IMG/VR virus record: IMGVR_UViG_3300027821_000007
Coordinates: 1 to 64,000 of that record
DNA from: a virus
DNA length: 64,000 bases
Strand: one strand, 5' to 3'
The notes under the pieces are model-generated. The model made no database searches. It saw only the letters and a list, made by a program, of their open reading frames with translations, and had not been told where the DNA came from. Shown in pieces: positions 34,386 through 46,500 of the stretch. Position 1 is the stretch's first letter. The number at the start of each line of letters is the position of its first letter. The position numbers were made by a program, and so were the translations under genes.

Positions 34386-35422
34386 GCCGGGCCCTCGTGG
34401 TTCGGCTCGGCGGCATCGGCGACAATCTCATCGCCGCTTCAGCGCTATCGCTGCTGGCCAAAAACCACGAGGTCGACGTCATGGCGCAGGCGCCGCAGGC
34501 CTGTGTTTTCGAGAATAACCCCTACGTGTCGCGGATTATCGTCAAGAAGGAAGGTGATATTCCGTCCGGTGGCAACGGCGAGCAATGGCATGCCTGGATG
34601 CGCGACCGCGGCAGCGAATACGACTGGTGGGTGAACCTGTCGCACAGCTGCGAAACCAAGCTGGCGCTGTTCAGGAATGAATGCGCGTTTTGGTGGCCAG
34701 ATGCCTTCCGACGCAAGATGTGCGGTCACAACTACCTCGAATATGTCCACGACATTTGCGGCGTGGCGCACCAGTTCGATCCCGGTCCGCGCTTCTACCC
34801 GACCGAGAAAGAGCAGATGCAGGCCGGGGACACGCTGGACAACGTACGTGACGGCGTGAACCGCCGGGTGGTCGGCATCGCCATCTCTGGTTCGCGCCTT
34901 GATAAGATTTGGCCGTACTTGCCGATGCTGGTGGTGCGCCTGCTTGGCGAGCTCGAGGTCAGGGTAGTGCTGTTCGGGGCCGGCGAGCGCGATCACAAGA
35001 TGGCGCAGCACGTCCAGGACTTCGTACAGCTCTGGCGTGGCTCGCTTGACGGACTGCACGCCGCCATTTCCCCCGATCCCAAGAACCCATCCTGGCCGAT
35101 CCGCCGGGCGCTCGCCACCATTCAGCAATGCGACCTGGTGCTCACGCCCGACACCGGGCTGGCCTGGGCGGTGGCGATGGAGAAGATGCCGAAGGTGGTG
35201 GTGTTGTCGCACGCTTCGGAAGAGAACATCACCAAGCACTGGGTTAATACGACGTCCTTGCACGCCGATCCGGAGCGCGTGCCCTGCTATCCCTGTCACA
35301 GGCTGCATGACGACGCGAGCACCTGCGTCAAGGCTGCTGACGCCGAGGCGTCGAAGTGCATGGCGGACATCGCACTCGACACGGTTTTCACCGCCGTCCG
35401 CTCCAACCTGAAAGGACACTGA
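34382..35422 (+). CDS. glycosyltransferase family 9 (heptosyltransferase-like)
   Basis: VVRLGGIGDNL, FENNPYV, DLVLTPDTG, PCYPC motifs. Confidence 0.85.
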   Translation: MSRALVVRLGGIGDNLIAASALSLLAKNHEVDVMAQAPQACVFENNPYVSRIIVKKEGDIPSGGNGEQWHAWMRDRGSEYDWWVNLSHSCETKLALFRNECAFWWPDAFRRKMCGHNYLEYVHDICGVAHQFDPGPRFYPTEKEQMQAGDTLDNVRDGVNRRVVGIAISGSRLDKIWPYLPMLVVRLLGELEVRVVLFGAGERDHKMAQHVQDFVQLWRGSLDGLHAAISPDPKNPSWPIRRALATIQQCDLVLTPDTGLAWAVAMEKMPKVVVLSHASEENITKHWVNTTSLHADPERVPCYPCHRLHDDASTCVKAADAEASKCMADIALDTVFTAVRSNLKGH

Positions 35423-35423
35423 T

Positions 35424-35822
35424 ATGGCTGGCATTACTCCATATGGCGTGAAAGCGATGCTCGATTACACGCTGGGCGGCGCGGCCGAGCCGGCGATCGC
35501 CGCCTGGGCGGTGGCGGTGGCGACCAGTACGGCGCCGACCACGGCGAGCATGTACGAGATCGCCACCGGCGAGGGCGCCAACCGGGCGACGGTGACGATG
35601 GGCGCCGCGGCCTCGCCGGCCGGGTCGTGCTCGAACGCCAACACGCTCAGCTACGGGCCGTTCAGCAGCGCGCGCACGATCTCGGGGATCTCGATCTGGG
35701 ACACGGCGGCAGTGACGGGCGGCAACGCGCTGTGGTTCGGCACGCTGTCGGTGGCGCGCACCCTGGCGATCGGCGACAGCCTGCTGATCAACCCGGGATC
35801 GCTGCTCATCACCCTCGCCTGA
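35424..35822 (+). CDS. virion structural protein
   Basis: IWDTAAVTGGNALWFGTL...RTLAIGDSL pattern typical of small phage tail proteins. Confidence 0.7.
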   Translation: MAGITPYGVKAMLDYTLGGAAEPAIAAWAVAVATSTAPTTASMYEIATGEGANRATVTMGAAASPAGSCSNANTLSYGPFSSARTISGISIWDTAAVTGGNALWFGTLSVARTLAIGDSLLINPGSLLITLA

Positions 35823-36079
35823 TGTGGGTCCGGTCAGGTGAGTGCTGTCACTGCGGTGACTGTTGTATCGGCTCGCCGCCGGGGGAAGCCGCCCCCGTCG
35901 ACGGCATGTGCCCCCGTCTGCGCCCTGGTCCGGAGGGCAAACGGCTATGTTCTGTGCATGATACCGATCACGCCTACTGGCAAGGTGCGTGCAGGCTCTG
36001 GCCAAGTCACCCAATACACGTTGAAGCCTATGCTCGGTGCACGTTTAGCTTTGCCTGGGTCGAGGAAGGACAGGGTTAA
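35822..36079 (+). CDS. YkgJ-like cysteine-cluster protein
   Basis: ECCHCGDCC...CPRL...CSVHD...CRLWP. Confidence 0.7.
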   Translation: MWVRSGECCHCGDCCIGSPPGEAAPVDGMCPRLRPGPEGKRLCSVHDTDHAYWQGACRLWPSHPIHVEAYARCTFSFAWVEEGQG

Positions 36080-36549
36080 TGCCCTCATATAGCGCCAACA
36101 ATCGTCTGGGCGGCACCCAGCAGGTCATGACGACGACCTACAAGACGTGCCTGTCGGTGAGCGCACAGACGACGGGCCTGCGTCGGGCGCACATCTACGA
36201 ACTGAACCTCGGGGTAGATGGCACGCCGGCCGACAACGTCGTGGTCTGGGATGTTTCACGCCAGACGACGGCGGGCACGGGCGGGGCCGCGGTTACACCG
36301 CTGGTGACCGAACCGGCCGATACCGCCTCGACGATGGTTGCCTACGCCAACCCGACTGCTGAGCCCGGTATCACGGCGACCAGTTCCATGCTGACCGTCG
36401 CGGTCAACCAGCGGGCGACCTATCGCTGGGTCGCGGTGCTCGGGCAGGAGTTGGTTATTCCGGCGACCAACCTGAACGGCATTGCCACGCGCGCGCTCAG
36501 TCCGGTCTACACCTCGACTTTCCTCGCCACTGTGATGTGGCTGGAATGA
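36079..36549 (+). CDS. putative structural protein
   Basis: T/A-rich, beta-strand-like composition; coupled. Confidence 0.65.
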   Translation: MPSYSANNRLGGTQQVMTTTYKTCLSVSAQTTGLRRAHIYELNLGVDGTPADNVVVWDVSRQTTAGTGGAAVTPLVTEPADTASTMVAYANPTAEPGITATSSMLTVAVNQRATYRWVAVLGQELVIPATNLNGIATRALSPVYTSTFLATVMWLE

Positions 36550-36816
36550 GTGATGCGACGCCCGGGCGGTTACGCGGTCATTACCGGGCCTGACGGCACC
36601 AAGGAGCGGGACACTTTCACCTGCTTCCACTGCCAGCACATTGTCCACGTTCCGCCCAAGGCCGATCCGGCCGCGATTGGCGGCATGTGCTACCAGTGCA
36701 TGCGATTGATTTGTCCGAACTGCGTTGGTTTCGGTGGCTGTACTCCGTTCGAGCGCAGGCTCGAGGCCATGGAGCGGCGGGCTGACGCGCTGCGGTCGTA
36801 TGGGGTGGGAGAGTGA
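36550..36816 (+). CDS. Cys-rich hypothetical protein
   Basis: CFHC, CYQC, CPNC...CTPFE. Confidence 0.7.
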   Translation: MMRRPGGYAVITGPDGTKERDTFTCFHCQHIVHVPPKADPAAIGGMCYQCMRLICPNCVGFGGCTPFERRLEAMERRADALRSYGVGE

Positions 36817-36817
36817 G

Positions 36818-37135
36818 ATGGAGTGGGTCAGTGGCAACGTCTTCATTCGCAAAATCCAGCCGACGAAAGGCGCTACATCAGGCGGCCATACCCACAATTT
36901 TGATCACACAACGATTGTCTTTAAGGGCGCCGTGCATGTCTCGGCCACGCTGCCCAACGGCACGGTCATAGAGCGTGACTTCCATGCCCCGACGCACTTC
37001 CTTGTTCGTCGCGACGTGTTGCACGCGATCACCGCGCTAGAGGACGGCACTGAATACTGGTGCGTCTACAGCCACCGCACCCCGCAGGGTGAGGTGGTGC
37101 AGGAATGGGACGGGTGGCGCGAGGCCACCGTGTGA
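36818..37135 (+). CDS. cupin-fold protein
   Basis: GHTHNFDH...VFKG...HAITALEDGT. Confidence 0.75.
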   Translation: MEWVSGNVFIRKIQPTKGATSGGHTHNFDHTTIVFKGAVHVSATLPNGTVIERDFHAPTHFLVRRDVLHAITALEDGTEYWCVYSHRTPQGEVVQEWDGWREATV

Positions 37136-37548
37136 TGGCGGAAATGCTGCTCTGGATGCAGGACCGGCAAGGCGCTGACATCGAGCACACCAGCAAGCTG
37201 TCGCAGCGTGGCGACGTGATCGTGGTGCAGCCTGACGGCTGGGGCTGGAGCTTGGCCGAACAAACCGACCCATTTGTTGTGGTCGTGGTGCCCGATGCTA
37301 CCGTGACCGATCTGGAATCATTCTTATCGCCCGAAATGCCGCAGCCGGGGAACGAGGACGCCCAATGGTGGGACACCACCAACACCCTGCAATTTCGCGG
37401 CTTCAGGGTGGACGTGGACAGCTACACCGGCGGCGTCTTGCGTTCCGGCGCCAATGTTCCCCTGGATGAAGTGCTGGCCTTGAAAGTACAGAAGCCCCCG
37501 CTCCCCGATCCGAAGGTGATCGGTGATAGCGGAAAGATAATTGGTTGA
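37135..37548 (+). CDS. hypothetical protein
   Basis: Coupled to neighbours. Confidence 0.65.
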   Translation: MAEMLLWMQDRQGADIEHTSKLSQRGDVIVVQPDGWGWSLAEQTDPFVVVVVPDATVTDLESFLSPEMPQPGNEDAQWWDTTNTLQFRGFRVDVDSYTGGVLRSGANVPLDEVLALKVQKPPLPDPKVIGDSGKIIG

Positions 37549-40500
37549 CCGTCACCAGTAACATCCACACCGGCCTGGCAGCCTGGAGCAACCACAGCTT
37601 CGCGCTAAACGAAGCATGCTCGAATGCCGGCAACGCCTACCGATGCACCACGGCAGGATCATCGACCGCTGCCCCTACCGGCACCGGAACCGGGATCAAC
37701 AACGGCGGCGTTGCCGTCTTCAAATGGCTCTCGACCTACGGGGCTTCGGACTATTCCACCATCGATGCGTGGGTCACGTCGATCCCCGGCACGCTGGCGC
37801 AGGCATACGAAGGCTTGATCTGGAACAACGGCGACATTGTTCGCACCACGTATGTGTCGATTACGGGGCACACGACAACCGCCGCCAACATCATCTCCCT
37901 GAAATGCGCGCCGGGTGAAAGTTTCGCCGACAATCCGAACCGCGCCACCAACCCGCTAATCCCCAGCGCAAGCTATGGCGTGCAGATATCCCGATCAGGC
38001 AACTATAGTTACAATATTATCCTCCAAGAGGATTATGGGCTTCTGGACGGCCTGCAGCTTGTTCGAGCGCCAGGCGCGATCCATCAGAATGCCAGTCTGG
38101 CCCTGGGAAAAAACGGCAGCAGCGGCACCACGACGGTCAGCCGGATGGTTGTGCGCGGGGAAAATTTCGAGCAGGCCAACAACGGCATCATCGGGGCTGG
38201 CGGAAGCTCATCGGTCGATCATGTCAACTGCGTGTTCATCGACGAATCGGTGGCAGGGTCAGGCAGCCCGATATGGAACGGCCAAAACAATAGCTGCAGC
38301 TTCACCAACTGCGTGATGATCGCGCTGAACTCACAAGCCGGTTTCGATGCCATCCACCGCAACTACTCCGGCACCACGACGGTCACGAATTGCATAATCA
38401 TGGGGTGGGGCGGCATCGGTAATGCCAACCTGACCTCGGGCGTCGCGCGCAACAACGTCGTGAACTGGACCAGCTATCCGTCAGGATGGACCGATACCGG
38501 GACGCTGTTCAGCAAGACGGCGGCAAACCAGTTCGTAGGCATTGGCACCGACTTCAAACTGAAGGCGGGAGCCGACGCGCTCAACACGGGCTACACCGAC
38601 ACCGTCCACATCCCCAGCGCCACAGACATCTATGGCACGACGCGGCCGCAAGGCAGCGCGTGGGACGTCGGCCCCTATGAAACCCCTGCGTCGTCTGCGG
38701 CCTTCTTCGACTACATTGCGGAGGCTCGCCTTGTCCGCCAGCCGCCGCGCGCGCGACAGCCGCCTGCCCTGATAGCGCCGGTCTTGCGGCCGGTTCCCGG
38801 CGCGGGCTCGCCCAAGACCCTCTACATGCTGAACACGGCGGCCACCACGCCGGACTGGTTTGGCGTGATGCAGGACGGCGGCACCGCACCCACTGCCGCA
38901 GCTAGCGCGTTCGGATGGACGACTGCCAAAACTGCCACCACCACGCCTTTCTGGCGCGCTCGAATTGGCGCCACCGCCACCGCCACAGTTGCGTCCGCGA
39001 CGAGCAATCTCGACTTTGCCGTTGATCCGAACGCCGGCACCGGCGCCACCATCACCACCTCGGGCGATGCGTTCCGTTCGCCCGTGCGCTATGCCGGTAC
39101 GTTTGGCGCCGGCAACTGGACGCTCAATTTCGGCATGCGAACCCTCGCGGCAACGGTCGTGGGGAATATGCGCTGCCGGATCTGGGCCGGCCCCGCTTCG
39201 AACGGCGTCAACGCGCGAGAGCTGACCAGCGGCGCTCTGACCGGCTCGACCGTGTCGATGATAGCGACTGCGACGACCTACACGTCCACCATCACCTGGA
39301 ACGCGCCGACCATCATCCTGGATGGCGAATACCTGTTCTTCCAGGTCGAGTGGAACGAGACCACCGCGGGCACGTCCAATTCCTGCGCAGTGGTCTTTTA
39401 CCAGTCCGCCTGTACCATAGCGACCGCGAACTGGTCGGCGGCCGCGGGGGTCACGGCGGCAACGACGATTGCCGGACAAGGGCAGTTCGACACGCCGGAT
39501 AATATACCCCAGGTCTTCGCGATCGGCACGGCACAGCAAAAAACGGGCGGCGGCGCAACGCCGGTCACCTTAACGGCTAACGTGCCGGCCGGCTCCTTGA
39601 TCGTAATATACAGCGCGTCAGTCACGGCTTCCGGCGGTGCCAGTTTCAACAGCCCCCCTACTGATTCGGCAGGGAATGTTTACACCCAGGTCCCCGGAAA
39701 CTGGATCCTTACTACACCCTCATTCGGTGTAACCAGAGCTTACTGTCCCAACTGCCTGGCGCTAAGCGCCGGCCAAACCATTACGATCCCTATTGTTGGA
39801 ACCGCTCTAACCGCCGCCATTTCGATCTTTTATGCGACCGGATTGCAACGGAGCGTGCTTCCGACGCCTCAAAGCTCATTTACTCAAAATACCGCCATTA
39901 CTAATCCGAGCCGGAATTTTAACCCTAGTTTGGCTTATGGCGTGTTGATAGGGGTGAGTGCCGTCGCCGGCGACGTTGTCGAGACGTTCACTAACGACAC
40001 CACCCATAATTGGACTACTCCGCCGCTTACTCGTGTCGGCAATACCGGCGGCGTCGCGAACACGAATGCCACTCTCAACGGAGCGTGGAAATACATTCAA
40101 GACACCACCCAGCAAACCTACTCTCCGACGTTGGGAACCGCTCGCGAGAATGTAATCGCAGTAGAAAACTGGGGTGCGGCCACCCAGGGCAGGCTCAGCC
40201 AGAACCTGGCCGCCGCCGTTTCTATTGCCGGCGTCGGCGCCGTCGCGGTCGATGCGACGCGGATAGGCCCTGCTGTCTATACCGCCAATGCAACTCTTGC
40301 TGGCGTCAGCGGTCGGACCAATTCGATCCGCAACCCCCGCGCCGAGGGCGCTGTCGCTGGCACGCCAGGCACCGCTCCTACTTTCTGGAACGGATGGGGC
40401 GACAATTTAGGCCTGACGTTCAGCATCATCGGTATCGGCACCGAAGACGGCATTCCCTACATTGATGTCCGCTACGCCGGCACGACTAACGTCGCTGGTT

Positions 40501-43500
40501 TCTTCACCACCGCTTACTTCGAGCCCACTGGGACGGCGGGCATTCCCAGCGGATTTGCCGACACGTGGTGGTTGAGTTTCTACCACCGCTTAGTTGGCGG
40601 CAGCACGGTCAACACCACCGGGGTCCAAGCTGGCTGGCGTGAATTTAATGCCGCCGGCACTGCGGTTGCGGTCCACAACAACGGCGCTCCCTTCGACCCG
40701 ACCACGGCGCCCCTCATAAGCCAACGTCAGTTGGTTGTCGGGCCCGGCCAAAATCTGGATCGCAATACCTACTATGTTTCTCCATTTTGGGGATTTGGTG
40801 TTACCGGAAGTGGTGTTGCTATCGACATCACTTTTAGGATCGGCGCTCCGCAATTTGAACTAGGGAGTAACGTCTCCGGCCTGATCCTGCCGCCGATCGG
40901 CACACCGGGCATCTCGTCGCGTGCCATCGAGATCCGCGAGCGTGTCAGCGCGGTCGCGAAATCGACGATCGCGGGCCTCGGCGCCGTCGCGGCCGATGCG
41001 ACAGTCGTGGCGGGCACGGCCGGAACCACCTACACCGGCGCCGTCACGATCGGCACGCTGCCGTCGTGGAACCCGCTGTCCCCGGACGCGCCGGCCACGA
41101 CGCTGTTCACGAACAACAACCGCACGATCACGAAAACTGCCGGCGGTTTCGACGGCGCCAAGGGCAACTCCGTCGTCAGCAGCGGCAAGTTCTACGCCGA
41201 ATTCACGCCGGGCAGCGGCTTCGACGGGAACAGTAGCTTTGGCGTCGCCACGACGGCCCTCACCACCTATTTCGAGGTCTATTCCCCGAGTACCCACTGC
41301 TGCATAGCCGTACCCGGCATGGGAGTGCTGCTGAACGGCTCTAACACGGGAATACTGTTCTCCTGGTCGACCGCGTCGATCGCCATGGCGCTCGACATGG
41401 ACAATAAGCGGATTTGGTTCCGTCAGCTCCCGAGCGGCAACTGGAACGACAACGCCTCGAACAGTCCGACCACGCCGTCGACCGGCCTGGACATCAGCGG
41501 CCTGGTGCCGGTCACGCCGCTTTTCATAGTGACCCAACTGGGGGTGAATTCCGGTATCAGCGCCACGGTCGAGATGGGCCTGGGCTCCTTCGCCAACACT
41601 CCGCCCTCGGGTTACACGGTTTGGCCCTCCACCCCGGGCGGCACCGGCTACGTCAAGGCGTACGCCACGGTGCACACCGGCACGGTGACTGCTGCAGCCA
41701 CCATCGCCGGCGTCAGCGGCAGAACCAACTATATCCGTAACCCACGCGCGGAAGGCGCGGTTGCCGGAACGCCGGGCTCCATTCCGACCTACTGGAGACA
41801 GATAGTAAACAACGCCGGTCTTACCCAGCAGATCGTCGGGACCGGGGTCGAGAATGGCATCGACTACATCGACGTTCGCTTCACCGGGTCCACGCCCGGC
41901 GGCGGTGAGATCACCATACAGCCTGCCCAGGATGGCGATGCGACACCGGTCCCAAGAACCTCGACCTGGGCGTCGTCGTTCTACATGCGCATTATCCCCG
42001 GCGATGCGTCGTTCATCGATTACCTCTGGGTGTCGATGCAGAGCTACGCCAATAGCGGCGGGCAAGTCGATTGGATTACTGACACCTACTTCACCCCTTC
42101 GACCCTGGTGCAACCAGGCGGATTGGGCACCCGCTACGTGTCGGTGGCGAACAACGCCACCACGACAGCCGGCGCCGACTACATGCGTCAATATATCTAT
42201 GTCGATACCAAGATAAGCGGAGCCGCGCTTGACTTCACGCTGCGCATTGGTTGGCCACAACTGGAGAACGTCGAAACCACCGGCAATATCCTGCCGCCGG
42301 TCGGTGCTCCAGCGATAATCACACGCGCGATCGAGATCTACCCCAGGTTGCAGGCCGTTGCGGCAGTGACGATCGGCGGCGTCGGCACCATCGCGGTCGA
42401 CGCGACCCGGGTGGCCGGTGCGGGCACCCAGTGGACCGGCGCCACGACGATCGTGGCTGCCGGCAACGTCGCGGTCAGTGCCGTTCAGCGCCAGGTTGCG
42501 GTCAGCACAATCGCTGCTGCCGGCAATGTTGCGGTCGATGCGCGGCGCATTGTCTATGCAGCCAGCACGAGCGCCGGCGTTGCTGTGGTCAGTGTTGCCG
42601 CGGTTCAACGCCAAGTTGCCGCCAGCACGATCGCCGGCCTGGGTGCGGTTAGCGATAGCGCTGTTCTGAGAGCGCGAACTGTCAGCACTATCGGTGGCTT
42701 GGGCAATGTCAGGGCCTGGGATTTTCACCCGGTCTACACAGCCTCGACGACTGCGGGCGTTAGCGGCCGGACCAACGTCATTCGCAATCCGCGCGGGGAA
42801 GGCGGAAGGGCGGGCGATCCCTCCACCAGTGAAGGATCGCCGCCGACCTACTGGACCGGGTGGGGAAACCCACCGTCCGGCCTGTTCGAAACTATTGCCG
42901 GCGTCGGCTACGAAGACGGCATTCCCTACATCGACATTCATCTTGTTGGTACGGTGGCGGGGAGCACGGCCTACTATCCGCATTATTTCGAAGACTACGA
43001 CACCATCCCGGTACCCCCGAGGAAAACCTGGTCAAGCAGCATCTACGTCAGACTGGTTGGAGGCAGCACCTCCAATGTTGCGTCTCTTGCCGTTGGCTGG
43101 ACAGAATATAGTAGTAAATTTGCTGATATAATCGGAGATTTCGATACCGGGCAAGTGCCGACGTCGGCGCCTTTGTCAAGCCAAAGATACAGCTACGCTA
43201 ATCCTACCACCGCTCTCGCCACCTACATTCGTCCGTATTGGAAAATATACTTTACCAGTCTGGGCGTTCCGGTTGACATCATCATTCGGATCGGTGGCCC
43301 GCAACTCGAGTTGGGACCATCTGCTTCCGGTCTGATCCTGCCGCCGGTCGGTGTTCTCGCGGTCACGTCGCGCGCGATTGAAATCCGTGACAACGTCAAG
43401 ATCCAGACGAACGTGGCTATGGGTGGAGTTGGCCGCGTCGTCTGCGAAGCGCTGGTCCGAAATCCGGCAGGACATATTGCCTACGATGCTTTTGCCACCA

Positions 43501-46500
43501 TCGCTGCCACCACAACCTTCAGCCCAGTCAACGTTTTTCTTCGACAGTCGGCAGTCACTTCCATCGCCGGTCTTGGCGGCCAGGCGAACTACATCCGCAA
43601 CCCACGCTTCGAGGGCGCGGTCGCGGGCACTCCGGGCACCGTCCCGACCTACTTCTCGGACTGGAGCGCCGCAGCCGCGAGCGTGGGACTGAGCTTAACC
43701 ATCCTCGGCACGGGTTACGAAGACGGCATCCCCTACATCGACGTCCGCATCTTCGGCACCACCGACGGGGTACACTACAGCTCGGACTTTTATTATTTCG
43801 AAACCAACACAGCCATCCCGGCAGGCTACGACCAGGGATGGCTATTCAGCTTTTACCTCAAGCAACTGGTGGGCGAGGGCATATGGGGCCCCGTCAGCAT
43901 GTTCTACATAGGCTGGGAAGAGCTCGACGAAAACGGAGTCCACTACAGCAATCATTCCGACGGAAAATCCGCTTTCACGGGACCGTTGTGGGATTGTAGG
44001 CACGACATCTCGGACACCAACACCTTTTCAGATGTCCGCTTCATCAGGCCTTACTGGGGCTTTGGCCTCGACAGCGCCGCCGCCGTTCCCTTCGACAACA
44101 CTCTACGAATTGGCGCCCCGCAACTCGAACTCGGCTACTCGGAGGACGGTCCCAGCGATCTGATCTTGCCGCCGGTCGGGGCGCCGGCCGTTTCGTTCCG
44201 CGCCATCCAGATCCGCGAACGCGTCACCATGGTCGCGGCAGTGACCATTGCCGGCGCGGGCAACGTCGCCGCGATACTGGCCCCCGACTGGGTGTCACCA
44301 GGTGCGCAGATCCACATCGACTTCATCGGAGGATCTCCACAGGGCCGAGCTTGGGTGCAAGGGGTCGGCGTCGTCGGCATCAACACCCTCGTCGGCAACG
44401 ACCCGCTCGCGGACGCCGGCTGGACGACTACGGGCTACAACAGCGCCGAACTGACCCCCGACGGCTATCTGCCAACGATGTCCGCGGCTTTCATCGGCGA
44501 AGCCCGTAACTTACTGCTGACAGCTACGACGGTGCGAACCGTCCACACCCAAACCGGTCAAAATATTTCAGGATCATCTACCGGATGTGTGGTTCTTTCT
44601 GTTTTTTCGCCGTCCGGCGACAACGGCGTGGAAATTGACTTAACCCCCTTCGCCCCTGGCGCCTCTAGCCATCTCGACGTTTCTACATGGGGCGGTCCGG
44701 CCTACGGCGACATCTTAGGCGCAGCCAATTCCGCCGTCGGCGCGATCAACGTGACGGCCTACACCGTCACCGCGAACCGTCTCGAAGCCGACATCAACGG
44801 CTATTCCACCCCCATCGCTTTGACTTTGATCGATGCGGACCGTCCGACAGCGGACTCCTTCAAGGCGGCAATATTCGATCACAGACCAATCCAAGGCGGC
44901 TATGTCGCCGTCCGGTCAATCCAATTCTATGCTCCCTTACCCACAGCGGCAGGCCTGATTCCCCTATCTGCTTTGCCGGCAACTATCGAACCTGTGGCGA
45001 GCATGGCCGCGACGGGAAACGTTGCCGTCAGCGCACGGCAAGTTTCCTATGGCGCCACGACGATCGCGGGCGTCGCCAGCATCGCGGTCGACGCGACCAA
45101 GGTAGCCCCAGCAGGCACTGTATGGACCGCTGCCGTCACTATCGCGGCCATTGGCAACGTCGCGGCGTCTGCCGTCCAGCGTCAGGTCGCGGCCAGCACG
45201 AGTGCTGGCATTGGCAGCGTTGCGATCAATGCCATCAGGGCGCAGCCGGCCGCCAGCACGAGCGCCGGCCTGGGCGCAGTCGGCGTTGCCGCTATCCAGC
45301 GCATGGTGGCGGCCAGCACGAGCGCCGGTGTCGGTACCGTCGGGGTAGCGGCCGGCAAGCTGATTTATGCTGCGACGACGATTGCGGGCGTCGGCAACGT
45401 CAGCGCCGCTGCCGTAACGCCGGAAGCTGCTGCCGCTGGCATCCCGGGTTTCGGCACCGTCAGCGTCACGGCGATACAACGGCAGTTCGCGACGATCGCG
45501 ATCGCTGGCGTTGGCGCGTTCGGCGCGAATTCGGCCGGCTCGCAGCCGGGCAATGTCGCCATTGCGGGCCAGGCCGCGGTCAGCGTTGACGCGATCGCGC
45601 GCCGGTTCGCGACGATCCCGATTGCCGGACAGGGCAGCGTTGCGGTCGATGCCGGCAAGATCGTCTATGCCGCGGCGACGATCGGCGGCGTTGGCAGTGT
45701 CGCGGCCTCGGCCGGCAAGCTGATCTATGCCACGGCCAGCATCGCGGGCGTCGGCAACGTCACGGCTGATGCGCAGTTCGTCAGCGGGGCGGTTTCCTAC
45801 ACCGCCGCCACGACGATCGCTGGCGTCGGCAGCATCACGGCATCCGCCACCCTTAATCTACCGGCAGCAATCGCGATCGCGGCCACCGGCAGCGTCGCCG
45901 CCTCCGCCGTCCTGAACCTACCGGCCGCCACGACCATCGCGGGCCTTGGGGCGTTCGCCGCAAGTGCCGCAGCGGCCGGCGTGCAGACAGCGACCATCAC
46001 GATCGGCGGCCTGGGCAACGTCGCGGTCGACGCGCGGCGCAGCTCACCAGCCATAGCATCGATCGACAGCCAGGGCGCGGTCAGCGTCGCGGCCGCGCAG
46101 CTCCAATTCGCTGCCGTCAGCGTCGCCGGCGTCGGCAACGTCCTCGGCGCGGGGGGTGAAGCGCAACCCGCAGCCGCCTCGATCGTTGGCGTCGGCGCGG
46201 TCAGTGCTGCCGCCGGCGGTATACGCCCGGCGGCGGTGGCGACGGCCGCGCAGGGCGCGGTTAGTGCCGGCAGCGTCCTGACCCAAGTTACGGCGGTGGC
46301 GGTTGCTGGACTGGGCACAGTCAGCATCGCCGCCGGCGTACGCCAGTTCGCCACGGTCTCGATCGGCGGCGTCGGCACCCTCCTCGTCAACGCAATCCAG
46401 CAAGGGCGGCAGGAAGGCACCACCGCGATCGCGGCCTCGGCCACGGTCAGCATCTCCACCACCCAGCGCATGGTCGCGGCCAGCGCGATCGCGGCCCAGG